Below are positions 9,573-19,408 of a DNA stretch of 32,000 nt, in pieces. Numbering within the stretch: the stretch's first letter is position 1; every line of letters starts with the position of its first letter. The notes under the pieces are model-generated. The model had not been told where the DNA came from, did not search any database, and saw only the letters and a program-made list of their open reading frames with translations. The translations under genes were made by a program, and so were the position numbers. The stretch is taken from the NCBI GenBank assembly GCA_963704755.1, contig OY969938.1, forward strand, positions 450,001 to 482,000, given 5' to 3'. The stretch is from an uncultured Chloroflexia bacterium. Lineage in GTDB: Bacteria; Chloroflexota; Anaerolineae; Anaerolineales; Anaerolineaceae.

Positions 9573-9785
9573 TACAATCCCGATTATTGCTGGAGCATTG
9601 TTGCTGAATATAGGAGGAGAATTTACGGTTTACTACTGACATTATTTTCATGAGTATCGCTTTGTGACCGAAACAATTCAAACCTTTAGCAAAACCCGAT
9701 CCCAATTGAGTTGCTCTACCTTTTCAGAAAGTGGCATTCTGGGGGCATATTAACCCAGTAAATCTAACGGCTCTCATATCCAAAT

Positions 9786-10739
9786 TTACGAAGGGTCACT
9801 TGAAACAGAAAAATTTTTATAAACCATGCCTGCGTATTCCACTACCAACCGATTTTCCATCATATTGTAAATACCAGCTCTCTTTCTGAATTCGGTAATC
9901 GTGGGGGTTATATTTTCTTCTTTGTATGATTTCCCAACCCAATCTATCCGCTTTAAAGCAAAAGCCTCAGGCGATTCAACGAGCTCTTCAAGCATCTTTT
10001 GAACTATTGGCAACCTTTGGATATTTATCCTAATCGCTCCAGGATGGCCACTCTCAATCAAAATTGCAGTCATGGTAACCTTAACGGGTTTGCCTTGTTT
10101 AGTTCGGATATTGTTGGCGGCCGTCTGAATTGTTTCCGACAATTTTAAATCCTTCGCCTTCCAATATGCCTGGGACCTTTTCTCTTTATTTTTATTTTTG
10201 GAAGGACGATTTTCATTCAGCCATTGTCTATCATTCCTTAGAAGCCATGTATATAGGCCTTTACCAATTTTTATTAATTGTGAATAAGATGAATCTGGAA
10301 ATCTTCTCAAGTTGGCAAGCCACTTTTCACGATACTCTTCTTTTGGATTTCGGCTAATTATCTTAACATCTTGGGGTTCTAAACTACTAAAATCTAAACC
10401 TCTATCCGGCAAATGTAACTGATGGGCGATTTTTTTTACTGTGCGGAAAGACAATTTCATTTCGGATGATATTTCTTTTATTGATATGGAATCGTTCCAA
10501 AGCTTAATAAAACAGTTACAAAACAGGTCTCCATATTCAATAATTTTGACCATTGGTTTAGTGTTAGTAGATTGTGACAAAAGTTTAGTTGTGGAGTAAG
10601 AGTACCCACAACCACAAGTTACAACACACTTATTTACTGATCTTCCACCCGGTGTATTTCTAGTGACATGGGTTGCAACCTTTACTTCATTAGAAAGAAT
10701 GCACTTCGGATTTAAACATTTATATAACTGATCCTCCAA
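9786..10739 (-). CDS. TnsD-like protein 2, C-terminal part (second Cys cluster plus DNA-binding region)
   Basis: CLNPKC...VVTCGCGYSYS parallels CLNPVC...FRCECGFEY in the other TnsD copy. The HTH-like SFRTVKKIAHQLHL parallels SMREIAKRLGADSNTIIKHAKK, and YTWLLRNDRQWL parallels YTWLYRNDREWL. Confidence 0.7.
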   Translation of the reverse strand: MEDQLYKCLNPKCILSNEVKVATHVTRNTPGGRSVNKCVVTCGCGYSYSTTKLLSQSTNTKPMVKIIEYGDLFCNCFIKLWNDSISIKEISSEMKLSFRTVKKIAHQLHLPDRGLDFSSLEPQDVKIISRNPKEEYREKWLANLRRFPDSSYSQLIKIGKGLYTWLLRNDRQWLNENRPSKNKNKEKRSQAYWKAKDLKLSETIQTAANNIRTKQGKPVKVTMTAILIESGHPGAIRINIQRLPIVQKMLEELVESPEAFALKRIDWVGKSYKEENITPTITEFRKRAGIYNMMENRLVVEYAGMVYKNFSVSSDPS

Positions 10740-10770
10740 GGGACTAATTTCTTCAGCTAGATTTTCGAAT

Positions 10771-11667
10771 TCAGAAAGCTTTAAAGTTTAAGAAGTGAAT
10801 CAAAAGGTAATAATGTACCGGATTTTTCGATCCTGCCGCTGGGTTCACCAAATTTCGTAAAAATATCGATGGGTCAATAACTGAAAAACTATTTAACACC
10901 TCCATAGAGAAAAATTTTACAAATTCAGAGGCTAATTTTTTGATGTAAATAGTATTATTAGAAGCAAAGCCCGCTCTGGAAAGGGCCGCATATAGTTTTC
11001 GTTTCAGAGAGTATAGGTTTAGAGTTTGGCCAGGGTCCTGGTATTCCAACAACCATAAAATATCGCGAGAATATTCAAATAAGAATTTTTCAACAATCAA
11101 TTCATCAATATATTCTCGCACATCCGTTTCAAAACTTAGTCTTTCCGCAGGCGTAAAATAATCTTGTTTTATTAAATTTGTTGTTAGTATATTGGTTTGC
11201 TTTAACCAAACATGGTGGATGGGACAAATATATACACACTGTACCTGGAAAAGCCGATGCCAATAGGTTTCTCCCAGCTGTCGCCTATTCTCAATGACAC
11301 ACATTGGGCAATAGTAGAAATGGATTTTACGCTTTAATATACGACGATTTTCTCCCAATGAAGACTTTACACCAATTCCTCGCTCCATCATACTTTCACG
11401 GACTTTTGAAAGTATATTAGGAGAGACAAACGGAATATAATATGGGAATATCGTATGGTTATCTATTAAGAAATCGGGGGGATAATCCCCTCCCGGGAAG
11501 TTGTGCCCACAGAAATACCTCAAGTTCACAGGCAAGTCGTGTATGGCAGTGGCAGATCTAGAACCAAAAAGTTCAGCCAGGATTTTCGATTTTGAAACTA
11601 AATTGAGGGATTCAATATGCCGAGCAATCCCACTATAAACCAATTCATGTTTGAATAATTCAATCAT
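10771..11667 (-). CDS. tniQ: TnsD/TniQ-like protein 2, N-terminal TniQ domain
   Basis: ELVYSGIARHIE, FPYYIPF, and a zinc-finger signature, YYCPMCVIENRRQLGETYWHRLFQVQCVYICPIHHVWL. The ORF ends in a different frame from the 9786-10739 piece. Confidence 0.8.
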   Translation of the reverse strand: MIELFKHELVYSGIARHIESLNLVSKSKILAELFGSRSATAIHDLPVNLRYFCGHNFPGGDYPPDFLIDNHTIFPYYIPFVSPNILSKVRESMMERGIGVKSSLGENRRILKRKIHFYYCPMCVIENRRQLGETYWHRLFQVQCVYICPIHHVWLKQTNILTTNLIKQDYFTPAERLSFETDVREYIDELIVEKFLFEYSRDILWLLEYQDPGQTLNLYSLKRKLYAALSRAGFASNNTIYIKKLASEFVKFFSMEVLNSFSVIDPSIFLRNLVNPAAGSKNPVHYYLLIHFLNFKAF

Positions 11668-11851
11668 GGTTTCTGTCTTTATCGTAAAGACTAGATCTCA
11701 ACTCAATATCACCCAAATATTTAATTATTTCTTCATGCGTCAACAGCCTAGAGACACCTGCACGTCGTATAATTTGCCACCGCTTCGGAACAATGGATTC
11801 ACGTCTATATTGCTCTATTGCCCAATCGATGCGACGAATTCCAAATTCTTC

Positions 11852-13003
11852 CTAAGTCTCAACACAATTTAACAATGCGGCCCTGGTAAAAGGAAGCTTA
11901 CAGATGAATTTTTGAAGCAACGACAAACAATTAAGCTCTCGTCCTATCGAGGAGATTGTTATTTGTACGAGTTTACCTGGTCGTGAAAGAATCCTGTCAG
12001 CCAACTCTTTGATTTGCCCAGATAATTCCCGATCCCGGTTTTCCCAATCTACGCGATTTTTATAATGCGCCTTCACTTTTGGAGGCGAGTTTTGAAACAA
12101 CCATTCTCGATCATTTCGATACAACCAGGTGTATGTACCAACCACTTTTTTCCTTAAGTTCCTCACTCCATCTTGCGGATTCGATAATATGCACATTAAC
12201 CATTTTTCGCGATAAAAAGATATTTTTTCTGCCATTGCGATGAGCAATCCGTCAGGTTTTTCTCGAAAGTCAACTCCGGGAATGTCGCTTATTCCATTCA
12301 TTAACCGTGGCCAAACTCCGCGTTTCTTAGCATGTTTAATAATGGTATTTGAATCGGCGCCAAGCCTTTTCGCAATTTCACGCATGCTGAGGGAAGAGTC
12401 CAGCAATAAGTCTTGCAGGGCTTGTTCCCACAATTCTCCATAAATTATCATTTTCCCTATTTTGAACTTATCAGTTTCTAATTGGTCTGGACCAGTCCTC
12501 TGATATTCAAAACCGCATTCACAGCGAAAAATGCCTATTGGAAGGCCATTGGTATAGACGCTTTTTCTTATTTCAATTGATTGAATGGTATTTTTCTTGT
12601 AATCGGCGCAAACAGGGTTCAAACATGGCCAAGGGGGGTTCCCAAAAGGTGCTGGGATATCCATGTTCAAAAACTCTTCTACTGACAACCCCAAAAAAAG
12701 AATTAATAAGATGTGTTTTAATGGATGATGAGTAGTTTTCTTACCCCTTAATATTCGGTACAGCCAACTCGATTCAGGTTTGTTACTCAATTGTAAATTG
12801 ATTCTGCTGAGATAATCGCCCCCAATAAACTGTTCAAAATCTTGTTGAAATGTCGCGAAGTCAGAAAACCGACCGGCATAATTACAGTAACCCTTTTGAA
12901 ATAACAGAAATATATATCTACGGCTCAACTCTTCTTGACCAATCGGTTTATGCCTTCTAGAAAATAAATTCTGAAATCTCCTGAGCAACGCGGATAAACA
13001 CAT
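11852..13003 (-). CDS. tnsD: TnsD-like protein 1, C-terminal part
   Basis: The ORF track extends this frame to 13207, but meaningful sequence starts near AAMCLSALLRRFQNLFSRRHKPIGQEELSRRY. It contains WPCLNPVCADY...FRCECGFEYQRTG and an HTH-like MREIAKRLGADSNTIIKHAKKRG. Confidence 0.7.
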   Translation of the reverse strand: MCLSALLRRFQNLFSRRHKPIGQEELSRRYIFLLFQKGYCNYAGRFSDFATFQQDFEQFIGGDYLSRINLQLSNKPESSWLYRILRGKKTTHHPLKHILLILFLGLSVEEFLNMDIPAPFGNPPWPCLNPVCADYKKNTIQSIEIRKSVYTNGLPIGIFRCECGFEYQRTGPDQLETDKFKIGKMIIYGELWEQALQDLLLDSSLSMREIAKRLGADSNTIIKHAKKRGVWPRLMNGISDIPGVDFREKPDGLLIAMAEKISFYREKWLMCILSNPQDGVRNLRKKVVGTYTWLYRNDREWLFQNSPPKVKAHYKNRVDWENRDRELSGQIKELADRILSRPGKLVQITISSIGRELNCLSLLQKFICKLPFTRAALLNCVET

Positions 13004-13592
13004 AGCTGCCGATATTATCTTGAACTGGTCGCATAGGAGGGACCCGGTTAATTTTTTCAGCCGATATAAACAATAATCGTTTGTCCCGATTATGGAATAA
13101 AAAAGGACTGTCCTCCAACCAAGTAAAGTGCTTGGGACAAATAAAGACACCAGAAACTTGATGTATCCTATGCCAATAGCATTTCCCAAATTTTCTGCGA
13201 TCCTCATAAATACACAAAGGGCAATATCGAAGTCTTATTGGCGACTTGACATCACTAGCCGCCAAACCCACTCGCATATAAATATCCGATCCTCTATCTC
13301 CTTTCATATCGTTCCGAATTTGATGAAATTTTGCCTCATCCATAAACGGTGCAAAAAGAGGGAAAAAGGTCATTTCATCAATGACTACATCGGAATCCAT
13401 TTCTGGGTCGCTTATTTGGCTAGTAAAATAATCAAGGTGGCTTGGAAATTCGATTGATGGAATAGCATTTTCTGAGCCAAACAAATGTAATAGCAAGGCT
13501 TTTTGCCGTGAACCATTCAAACTGTCAATATAGCGAGCAATCAGACTAAATGGCACCTCATCGTCAAATCTATCCTGAATATCAATTGACAT
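12957..13592 (-). CDS. tnsD: TnsD-like protein 1, N-terminal TniQ domain
   Basis: The likely start is the ATG at 13592 (MSIDIQDRFDDEVPFSLIARYID), 13 nt after the tnsC stop. FFPLFAPF and LRYCPLCIYEDRRKFGKCYWHRIHQVSGVFICPKHFTWL are present. The ORF stops at 12957, next to an ATTTTC run, while the continuation lies in another frame. Confidence 0.8.
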   Translation of the reverse strand: MSIDIQDRFDDEVPFSLIARYIDSLNGSRQKALLLHLFGSENAIPSIEFPSHLDYFTSQISDPEMDSDVVIDEMTFFPLFAPFMDEAKFHQIRNDMKGDRGSDIYMRVGLAASDVKSPIRLRYCPLCIYEDRRKFGKCYWHRIHQVSGVFICPKHFTWLEDSPFLFHNRDKRLLFISAEKINRVPPMRPVQDNIGSYVFIRVAQEISEFIF

Positions 13593-13605
13593 AAATCCAA
13601 TGCCT

Positions 13606-15399
13606 TTACAAAAGCAAAAATTCTTCGGCACTTCTCAAATAACCATTCATTCGTAATAAATCTAATATCGGCACCCCCGTAGCTTGACTCTTATCAAATA
13701 AGAGCCGCAAATCACCTTCATTAAACTTTTCCTCCACCTTTTCTGCCTTTGGCTTTTTGGGCCTCTTTGGCTTATGTGGATTTAGGATGGTTGAATTATT
13801 AGCTGATTTCGATGACGTGGGGCTATTTACAAGACGAGGTTTTTCAGCCAAAGCTAACTCCTCGGTTGCAGATGGTGATTTCACATCGTTTGTCTCAGAT
13901 ACAATTTTGAGGAGATCAGCTCGCCTGTCATTGAGGAAATTTTCAAAAAATTCTTTCAAATTAAATTGTTTAATGTCTGGAACATCCTCTAAATTCTCAT
14001 AGAGCCCCTTGGTAAGATTATTAATGATTGGCCACGCAAATGCGAATTCGTTCTGTGCCACCCATTCGAATAAGTCAGGAAATATTTGTTTATAAACCGG
14101 TTCATTTTTCTTAGATCCCAGATAAATTTCGGACTGAACTGCGCGAAACTGCACTAAAATATAGGCTTTTATCGCGAAATCAAAAATTCCTGCACTGGCA
14201 TCATACAGTGCATCAGCAATCGAGTTTACTTTATCTTTGTCGTCAATATCGACTGTCTCCATTGTGAACTGATATGCAAGGAGGGTTTTCACAAACAATT
14301 TCCATTCCGGATCATTCCTTGTGAATAGAGGCCATTTCAAATCACCAACACCACAGGCACGACGACACTGCTGTAACTCAGCAGTAAGATAAGGCAAAGC
14401 TTTCGGGGTTCCAATAAGAACAACCGGCATCCCAGAACTATTCACAAGACTCACAAAAAAATTCAGCATCATTGTAGAACCTTGTGATTTTGCCACATCA
14501 AGATTATGAATTTCATCAACGACAAGCAAACCGATACCATGTTTTCGAGACACGATTCGGATGTGCATTATTAGCCTGTCGAGCTTATCTTCCTTCCCTT
14601 TACAGTAAAGGTCCTCATATTTATGCCCTCCAAGAAGACGATCAACCTCGATAAAGAATTCATAGCAAAGAGCCTTTAAAGATGCGTCTGGAGGACAATT
14701 GATTTTTACCCAGACAATCTGCGTTCTGATAAATCTCCGCCCTTTATAATTGTGATGTTCAATGACTTGGTCATATAATACACTTAAGATTGTTTCTATT
14801 GTTGTTGATTTCCCAACACCACTTAACCCAACAATATAGAATCCGGTCGCGGTACTGCGAAGACGATTTTTTGCTTTTTCAAAATAACAATATATTAACC
14901 AGTTTTTCTCCCTCATCCACTTCAGGAATGAACGAATTTTTTTAGGTCGATGTGAATAAAGATTGGAGCGAAAATAACCTTTTCGGCTTTTTCGATAATT
15001 GGCCTGGGCAAGTCCCTTTTCCATATGGCGGTCGTAATGCTTATGAAGTGGATTCCGGCCAAGATATCCTGATCGAATTAATATCGACAATTTCATCGCC
15101 AAAACCAGATGAATGGTTAAAGGTCGAAAAAACTGGTTAAGGTTATAAATTAAATGGTAACGTAAATGTGACGGTAAGAACCTGGAGTTGGGATCTGTTT
15201 GTGGCAAAAACTTAAGCCGGTTGAACGTTTCTATATCCCCTATAATTCCCGGCAAAGATTCTATGTAGGGATTGCCCTGGTAATACGAAATTTCTTGTTC
15301 GCGATACTTTGCCATGACATGTGGAACTTGCATATCCGTTTCGGGTCGAATTTCGACATTCGCATCCCTTCGAAGAACCATCGGAATCCTTCTGGTCAT
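13606..15399 (-). CDS. tnsC: TnsC-type AAA+ ATPase (transposition regulator)
   Basis: Walker A is GLSGVGKSTTIETIL and Walker B is GLLVVDEIHNL. It sits between tnsB and tnsD and overlaps the tnsB stop by 4 nt. Confidence 0.85.
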   Translation of the reverse strand: MTRRIPMVLRRDANVEIRPETDMQVPHVMAKYREQEISYYQGNPYIESLPGIIGDIETFNRLKFLPQTDPNSRFLPSHLRYHLIYNLNQFFRPLTIHLVLAMKLSILIRSGYLGRNPLHKHYDRHMEKGLAQANYRKSRKGYFRSNLYSHRPKKIRSFLKWMREKNWLIYCYFEKAKNRLRSTATGFYIVGLSGVGKSTTIETILSVLYDQVIEHHNYKGRRFIRTQIVWVKINCPPDASLKALCYEFFIEVDRLLGGHKYEDLYCKGKEDKLDRLIMHIRIVSRKHGIGLLVVDEIHNLDVAKSQGSTMMLNFFVSLVNSSGMPVVLIGTPKALPYLTAELQQCRRACGVGDLKWPLFTRNDPEWKLFVKTLLAYQFTMETVDIDDKDKVNSIADALYDASAGIFDFAIKAYILVQFRAVQSEIYLGSKKNEPVYKQIFPDLFEWVAQNEFAFAWPIINNLTKGLYENLEDVPDIKQFNLKEFFENFLNDRRADLLKIVSETNDVKSPSATEELALAEKPRLVNSPTSSKSANNSTILNPHKPKRPKKPKAEKVEEKFNEGDLRLLFDKSQATGVPILDLLRMNGYLRSAEEFLLL

Positions 15400-17633
15400 A
15401 CCTTTTCCTCCGGTGTATGAGTTTCATCAATAATCGGTAAAAGACTTGGGCGCGACACATTTCCGGATGGTCGTGTCATTTTAGGGGCCTGCGGAGATTC
15501 GTCAAGGTCAATCATCTGATTTTGATCAGGATTTGGAATTAATGGGTGCTTTTCACGATCATATCTCTGTTGCTCTAAAGTATTTTGATCTAAGGCCTTA
15601 AGCTGTTGCGCCTTGGGGATATCCTTCCGTGCCGCTTGAGCTTCAATAGATGCTGCTTGAGATATAGCAGCCACTGCGGCGTCTTTAATTACCCGTGCCT
15701 GTGTCTCCTTGGCCTTTAATTCATGAGCTTGCAGATTTTCTAAACGTTTCATCTCCTTTATCTCATCTAGGGTTAAATTTAGATAGCGTTCAAATCCTGG
15801 TCCAAGTTTTAGCGGTGTGTATTTTTTCCCATCCAATTGTATGTAAACAATCGATGGCGTTTTCGGTCGAAATACAACTTTAAATTTTCTACGCTTATCG
15901 GTGAGGGCTAAAATTGCATAACGTTCGTTCAATTCTTTATCATCGCTCAGATAAATCATTTCCTGGAACAACCAGCCCTTCTCCGTATTCGATGCCGTCC
16001 CATTAGGTAACAGATTGAGCATGGCAATATTGCGATCGACCTCATGAAGCAAACAGCCACGATGGGCCACTCCCCAAGCCCATAAATACACTGGTATCGG
16101 CGGAACCTTTTCCGCTATCATTTCCGCAGTGCGGGGATAATTCTCTAGAACGTGATAATTGTTAAAGTAAATGAAAAATAAAAGGGAAATTTTCGTAATT
16201 TCTTCAGGAGTCAGGCTCGCCTCCAACATGCGATTTTTTTCACCTCGTTTATGTGGCCCATCTACTCCCCCAGGTTGATTTTGAAGCTCGATGTTGGCGA
16301 TTTTTAGAAAGGATTCGATAAGTGGTTTCCAGATGGGTGTATAACAAGGATTATTATCAACCCTAATTCCAAGGTTCTTTATGAACTTATTAGACGCTCT
16401 GGTCTTCATCTCCGCATTATCGGCCAAGAATGAAGCGGGTGCCCCCTCGGCTGGCCATTGACTTTCTAAAATAGATATGCCATATTTTTTGCAGAGTTCT
16501 ACCTTATTTTCTAAACAGTTATCGAAGCCGAGCAGCATGGTATCGAAACTAGAAGACTCCGAAGAATTGCAAAACCCACCTACCATACAAGAAAAACTAT
16601 CAAAAAAAACGTAGCAAGTTCTTCGAGATATAATCTTTGCTCTATCGGATGAACTCACCCCATAAAGGTCAATTATTGTAGAGTCCATCGAGTATTGCTC
16701 GCCAGGTGTGTCCACTTGAAGAGTCGCGTACCCTAATTTTGGATGAAAAGTTAAATTGAATTTTCGTTCACCCAATTTATTTTTGAAGAATTTTGCAGGG
16801 TCTTTGCGCCACTCTTTTTTGAAAAAGAAATAAAGCTGATCATATGTCAATCGCTGATTTGCCGGAACCAGTTCAGGTCCGGAACTGCCATGCTCGTCTG
16901 TGATAATGTTTCCCGTTGTGTAATATTTGGCAAGAATTTTTTCATGCACCTTAGTTAAAGGCGTGTCGTCCTTATAATATTTTTCTAAACTCAAGAACAT
17001 AATCATACGCTGTTCTTCTTGGGTATAAATCGGCTCAGCTCGCTTGATATTCGGGTTATTTAATCTGGCTTCGATTTCAGTCAAATTCAGCCTACCAATT
17101 TTTTTCTTAGATCCTTTTTTGTTGTTATGGGGCCTTCCAGGACCACCACAATTTTCGTAATCCGAGGCAATCGCGTCGGGAGTCATACCACCACGCCAAT
17201 ATTTTCGCACGAGACGAAGAATGGTCTTTTTGGAAAGATTGAATACGAGCGCAACATGCAAGATTATTTTCCCCAATTTTTCCTTATCATAAACGTCCGG
17301 ATTCGCCTTCCCGTTCTTATAAAGGACTAAGTCAATGATCTCGTTATTCCTATTTTTGAAATAGGTGTAGGTATCTGTGCGTTCTTCATCACGTGTCAAT
17401 CGACGATTTTCATAAGTCGCGTCTTCTTCTAAAATAATTAGTTTTCCTTCAGCCATTTTGGACTGGATTTCATCAAGCGAATAATTAAAAGCGTCAGGTG
17501 CTGGTTTTTCGGCCATTGGAAATAAAACACAATTCTCCACTCCTACCGACAGAATGCGGAAATCCTTGCCAGTAAAATCACCATCTGCGAAATGGATGAT
17601 CTTACCAATTTTGGGGGTTTTTGAAGATGCCAT
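15396..17633 (-). CDS. tnsB: TnsB-type DDE (Mu/rve-like) transposase
   Basis: An N-terminal HTH (KKTILRLVRKYWRGGMTPDAIA). Acidic triad candidates are YSMDSTIIDL, FLADNAEMK...LGIRV and PIWKPLIESF. It is 745 aa long. Confidence 0.85.
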   Translation of the reverse strand: MASSKTPKIGKIIHFADGDFTGKDFRILSVGVENCVLFPMAEKPAPDAFNYSLDEIQSKMAEGKLIILEEDATYENRRLTRDEERTDTYTYFKNRNNEIIDLVLYKNGKANPDVYDKEKLGKIILHVALVFNLSKKTILRLVRKYWRGGMTPDAIASDYENCGGPGRPHNNKKGSKKKIGRLNLTEIEARLNNPNIKRAEPIYTQEEQRMIMFLSLEKYYKDDTPLTKVHEKILAKYYTTGNIITDEHGSSGPELVPANQRLTYDQLYFFFKKEWRKDPAKFFKNKLGERKFNLTFHPKLGYATLQVDTPGEQYSMDSTIIDLYGVSSSDRAKIISRRTCYVFFDSFSCMVGGFCNSSESSSFDTMLLGFDNCLENKVELCKKYGISILESQWPAEGAPASFLADNAEMKTRASNKFIKNLGIRVDNNPCYTPIWKPLIESFLKIANIELQNQPGGVDGPHKRGEKNRMLEASLTPEEITKISLLFFIYFNNYHVLENYPRTAEMIAEKVPPIPVYLWAWGVAHRGCLLHEVDRNIAMLNLLPNGTASNTEKGWLFQEMIYLSDDKELNERYAILALTDKRRKFKVVFRPKTPSIVYIQLDGKKYTPLKLGPGFERYLNLTLDEIKEMKRLENLQAHELKAKETQARVIKDAAVAAISQAASIEAQAARKDIPKAQQLKALDQNTLEQQRYDREKHPLIPNPDQNQMIDLDESPQAPKMTRPSGNVSRPSLLPIIDETHTPEEKV

Positions 17634-17636
17634 TGC

Positions 17637-17840
17637 TCATTCACCTTTTCGATATGATGGTTGAGTTTTTAAGATCTTGATTGGTTTCGCAGTGTCAAAA
17701 GGCATGGTAAAGTCGTATTGCCATCGTTTTGTAGCGATAAAGTACTGAGCGGCATTGATACTCTTCCCCTTGATCAAACCAAGCAATTGATCACACTCAC
17801 TTGAGCATTCATATAGAGACAATTCACCCTTCATCACCAA
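17637..17840 (-). CDS. tnsA: Probable C-terminal domain of TnsA, displaced into another frame
   Basis: AAQYFIATKRWQYDFTMPFD resembles the TnsA C-terminal winged-helix region. The 212 + 67 aa total approaches the 273 aa of Tn7 TnsA. It overlaps the tnsA ORF by 17 nt in a different frame. Confidence 0.45.
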   Translation of the reverse strand: MVMKGELSLYECSSECDQLLGLIKGKSINAAQYFIATKRWQYDFTMPFDTAKPIKILKTQPSYRKGE

Positions 17841-18462
17841 CGGGGTTAACGTTGAGTAAATTCGCTGAAAATCTTCTTCTGAAATCCCCTTTAAGATGAT
17901 AATACGGCCATAATCTTCTACAGTTTTTCTTTATAACGTCTGGGATCAAGTCAACGATGACCAAGCCCCAATCATAATTTCGTGAAAGATAAAACATCCT
18001 TTCGATCTCCAGATGCTCAAAAACATTCCGCTTTTGTAGACCACTTAAATATTTGACTGACCGAACCACGAATTTTACTTCCCCGTCGGATAGCCGAACC
18101 TTTAAGAGAAAATCTGATGTCATTACTACATTGACCTTCGTATTTTTATCCGCCGGATGCTTAATTCCTAATCCTTTTGCGATGATTTCTGTTGCTTCTC
18201 GAGGCAGTAAAGCTGGTTGTTCTCGAACTTCCTCCACCACTCCTGCTAGGTTATTAATTGCATATACTAGGGTTTCTCCCCAGCTCAATGTTGTTTTAAT
18301 ACCATCTGACAGCGTCCCAGGTGATCTGGACGTAGTTCCAGATGAGGATAAATCGAAGACCTCCAGGTAGGATTGGTAATCTTCACCCTCTCCCTGACCG
18401 CGACCATCCTCTTTTTTCTGCTGGATGTTTTTTTCAGTAGCTCCGTAACGAAACCTTGGCAT
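17824..18462 (-). CDS. tnsA: TnsA-type endonuclease subunit (catalytic domain)
   Basis: Restriction-endonuclease-like pattern: YQSYLE, VMTSDFLLKV...FVVRSVKY and LEIERMFY...WGLVIVDLIP. It lies immediately upstream of tnsB. Confidence 0.7.
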   Translation of the reverse strand: MPRFRYGATEKNIQQKKEDGRGQGEGEDYQSYLEVFDLSSSGTTSRSPGTLSDGIKTTLSWGETLVYAINNLAGVVEEVREQPALLPREATEIIAKGLGIKHPADKNTKVNVVMTSDFLLKVRLSDGEVKFVVRSVKYLSGLQKRNVFEHLEIERMFYLSRNYDWGLVIVDLIPDVIKKNCRRLWPYYHLKGDFRRRFSANLLNVNPVGDEG

Positions 18463-18534
18463 AATTTATTTCTCGGTTATTAAGGATAAACTTCGACACT
18501 TTCAAAACTCCAAGTAATGGAGGTTTATAAAATA

Positions 18535-18756
18535 TTAAAGCGATGACTGCTTTTTAATATGCCCAATTTCATCAATCACAAAAAAGTGAATCCCGTTTTT
18601 GTCCAAGTAACGCCCTAAGATTTGATTTTTTAAATTCTGGGTGTTTTCGCTTGGTTGAGGAAAGCCAACTTCTAAAAACCATTTCAAAATCTGATCTTTA
18701 TATGTGATTTCAAAATCTGGTTGCTCAAATTCACTTCTGCCTACTTTGTCATCCAT
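18535..18756 (-). CDS. Hypothetical small protein upstream of tnsA
   Basis: A 73-aa ORF on the tns strand, 72 nt upstream of tnsA. No motif was recognised. Confidence 0.4.
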   Translation of the reverse strand: MDDKVGRSEFEQPDFEITYKDQILKWFLEVGFPQPSENTQNLKNQILGRYLDKNGIHFFVIDEIGHIKKQSSL

Positions 18757-18795
18757 CGTTACATCCTTTCCTAAGAAAATTCAACAAGAATTAAG

Positions 18796-19203
18796 TTATT
18801 CCGTTCTTACCTTGTTTCTTCTACAAGTGGATGAGCAATAGACCTGATTATTAACCTTTGGGAGAAATGGCCTATTACATCTCCTGCATCGTCGAGAAGC
18901 AAGTTCTAATAATGAGTTAGGTTCGACTAATCCTACCGGCGCCAGTATTTTGATCTTTTCAAGCTTCACACTATTCCCAGCAACTAATTCTGAATAGAGG
19001 TTTGAGATACCATACGCAAGTTTTCCGCTTGGTGTAATCGCCTTACGAGAGACCATGTGCAAGTATTGCCAGGTCCATGTCACACCTGGATTTTCTTCCC
19101 TTAGTGAAGAAGCGATTCTCCGGAAAGTCTCGGCAATTCCCATTTTAGGGTGATGGAAGTGGCTATAGAGAGCGTCCAGTTCCGTTAAAAGTACGTGCCT
19201 CAT
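18796..19203 (-). CDS. Hypothetical protein with a C-terminal zinc ribbon
   Basis: A strong Shine-Dalgarno sequence (GGAGGGA) precedes the ATG. The C-terminus is CRRCNRPF...YCSSTCRRN. Confidence 0.55.
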   Translation of the reverse strand: MRHVLLTELDALYSHFHHPKMGIAETFRRIASSLREENPGVTWTWQYLHMVSRKAITPSGKLAYGISNLYSELVAGNSVKLEKIKILAPVGLVEPNSLLELASRRCRRCNRPFLPKVNNQVYCSSTCRRNKVRTE

Positions 19204-19330
19204 CTATCCCTCCGTCTTTATCACTCTTGGTCAATAAATCCTCTGGCCTCATTTCCGATCATCCTTATAGGTTTCTTATAGCCTTAGAACGCTAATTTCT
19301 TCATGTTCACGATTTCTAAAAGAAATAAAA

Positions 19331-19360
19331 AAACAGTAACAGCATTCACTGTTACTGTTT
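19331..19360 (-). terminator. Rho-independent terminator downstream of the HTH gene
   Basis: AAACAGTAACAG (19331-19342) and CTGTTACTGTTT (19349-19360) form a 12-bp stem with a 6-nt loop. A TTTTTTTATTT run follows on the minus strand. Confidence 0.6.
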
Positions 19361-19408
19361 TACTCGATTGGGAGTTCCCAATGCAATCTCCCGCACTTTC
19401 CCAATTTT

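Larger units (their letters stand above)
9786..18462 (-). mobile_element. Tn7-like transposition gene module (tnsA-tnsB-tnsC-tnsD-tnsD2). Ends are not identified.
   Basis: The gene order and overlaps are typical of Tn7-family heteromeric transposases. The coordinates cover only the core genes; cargo would be expected toward lower coordinates. Confidence 0.8.
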
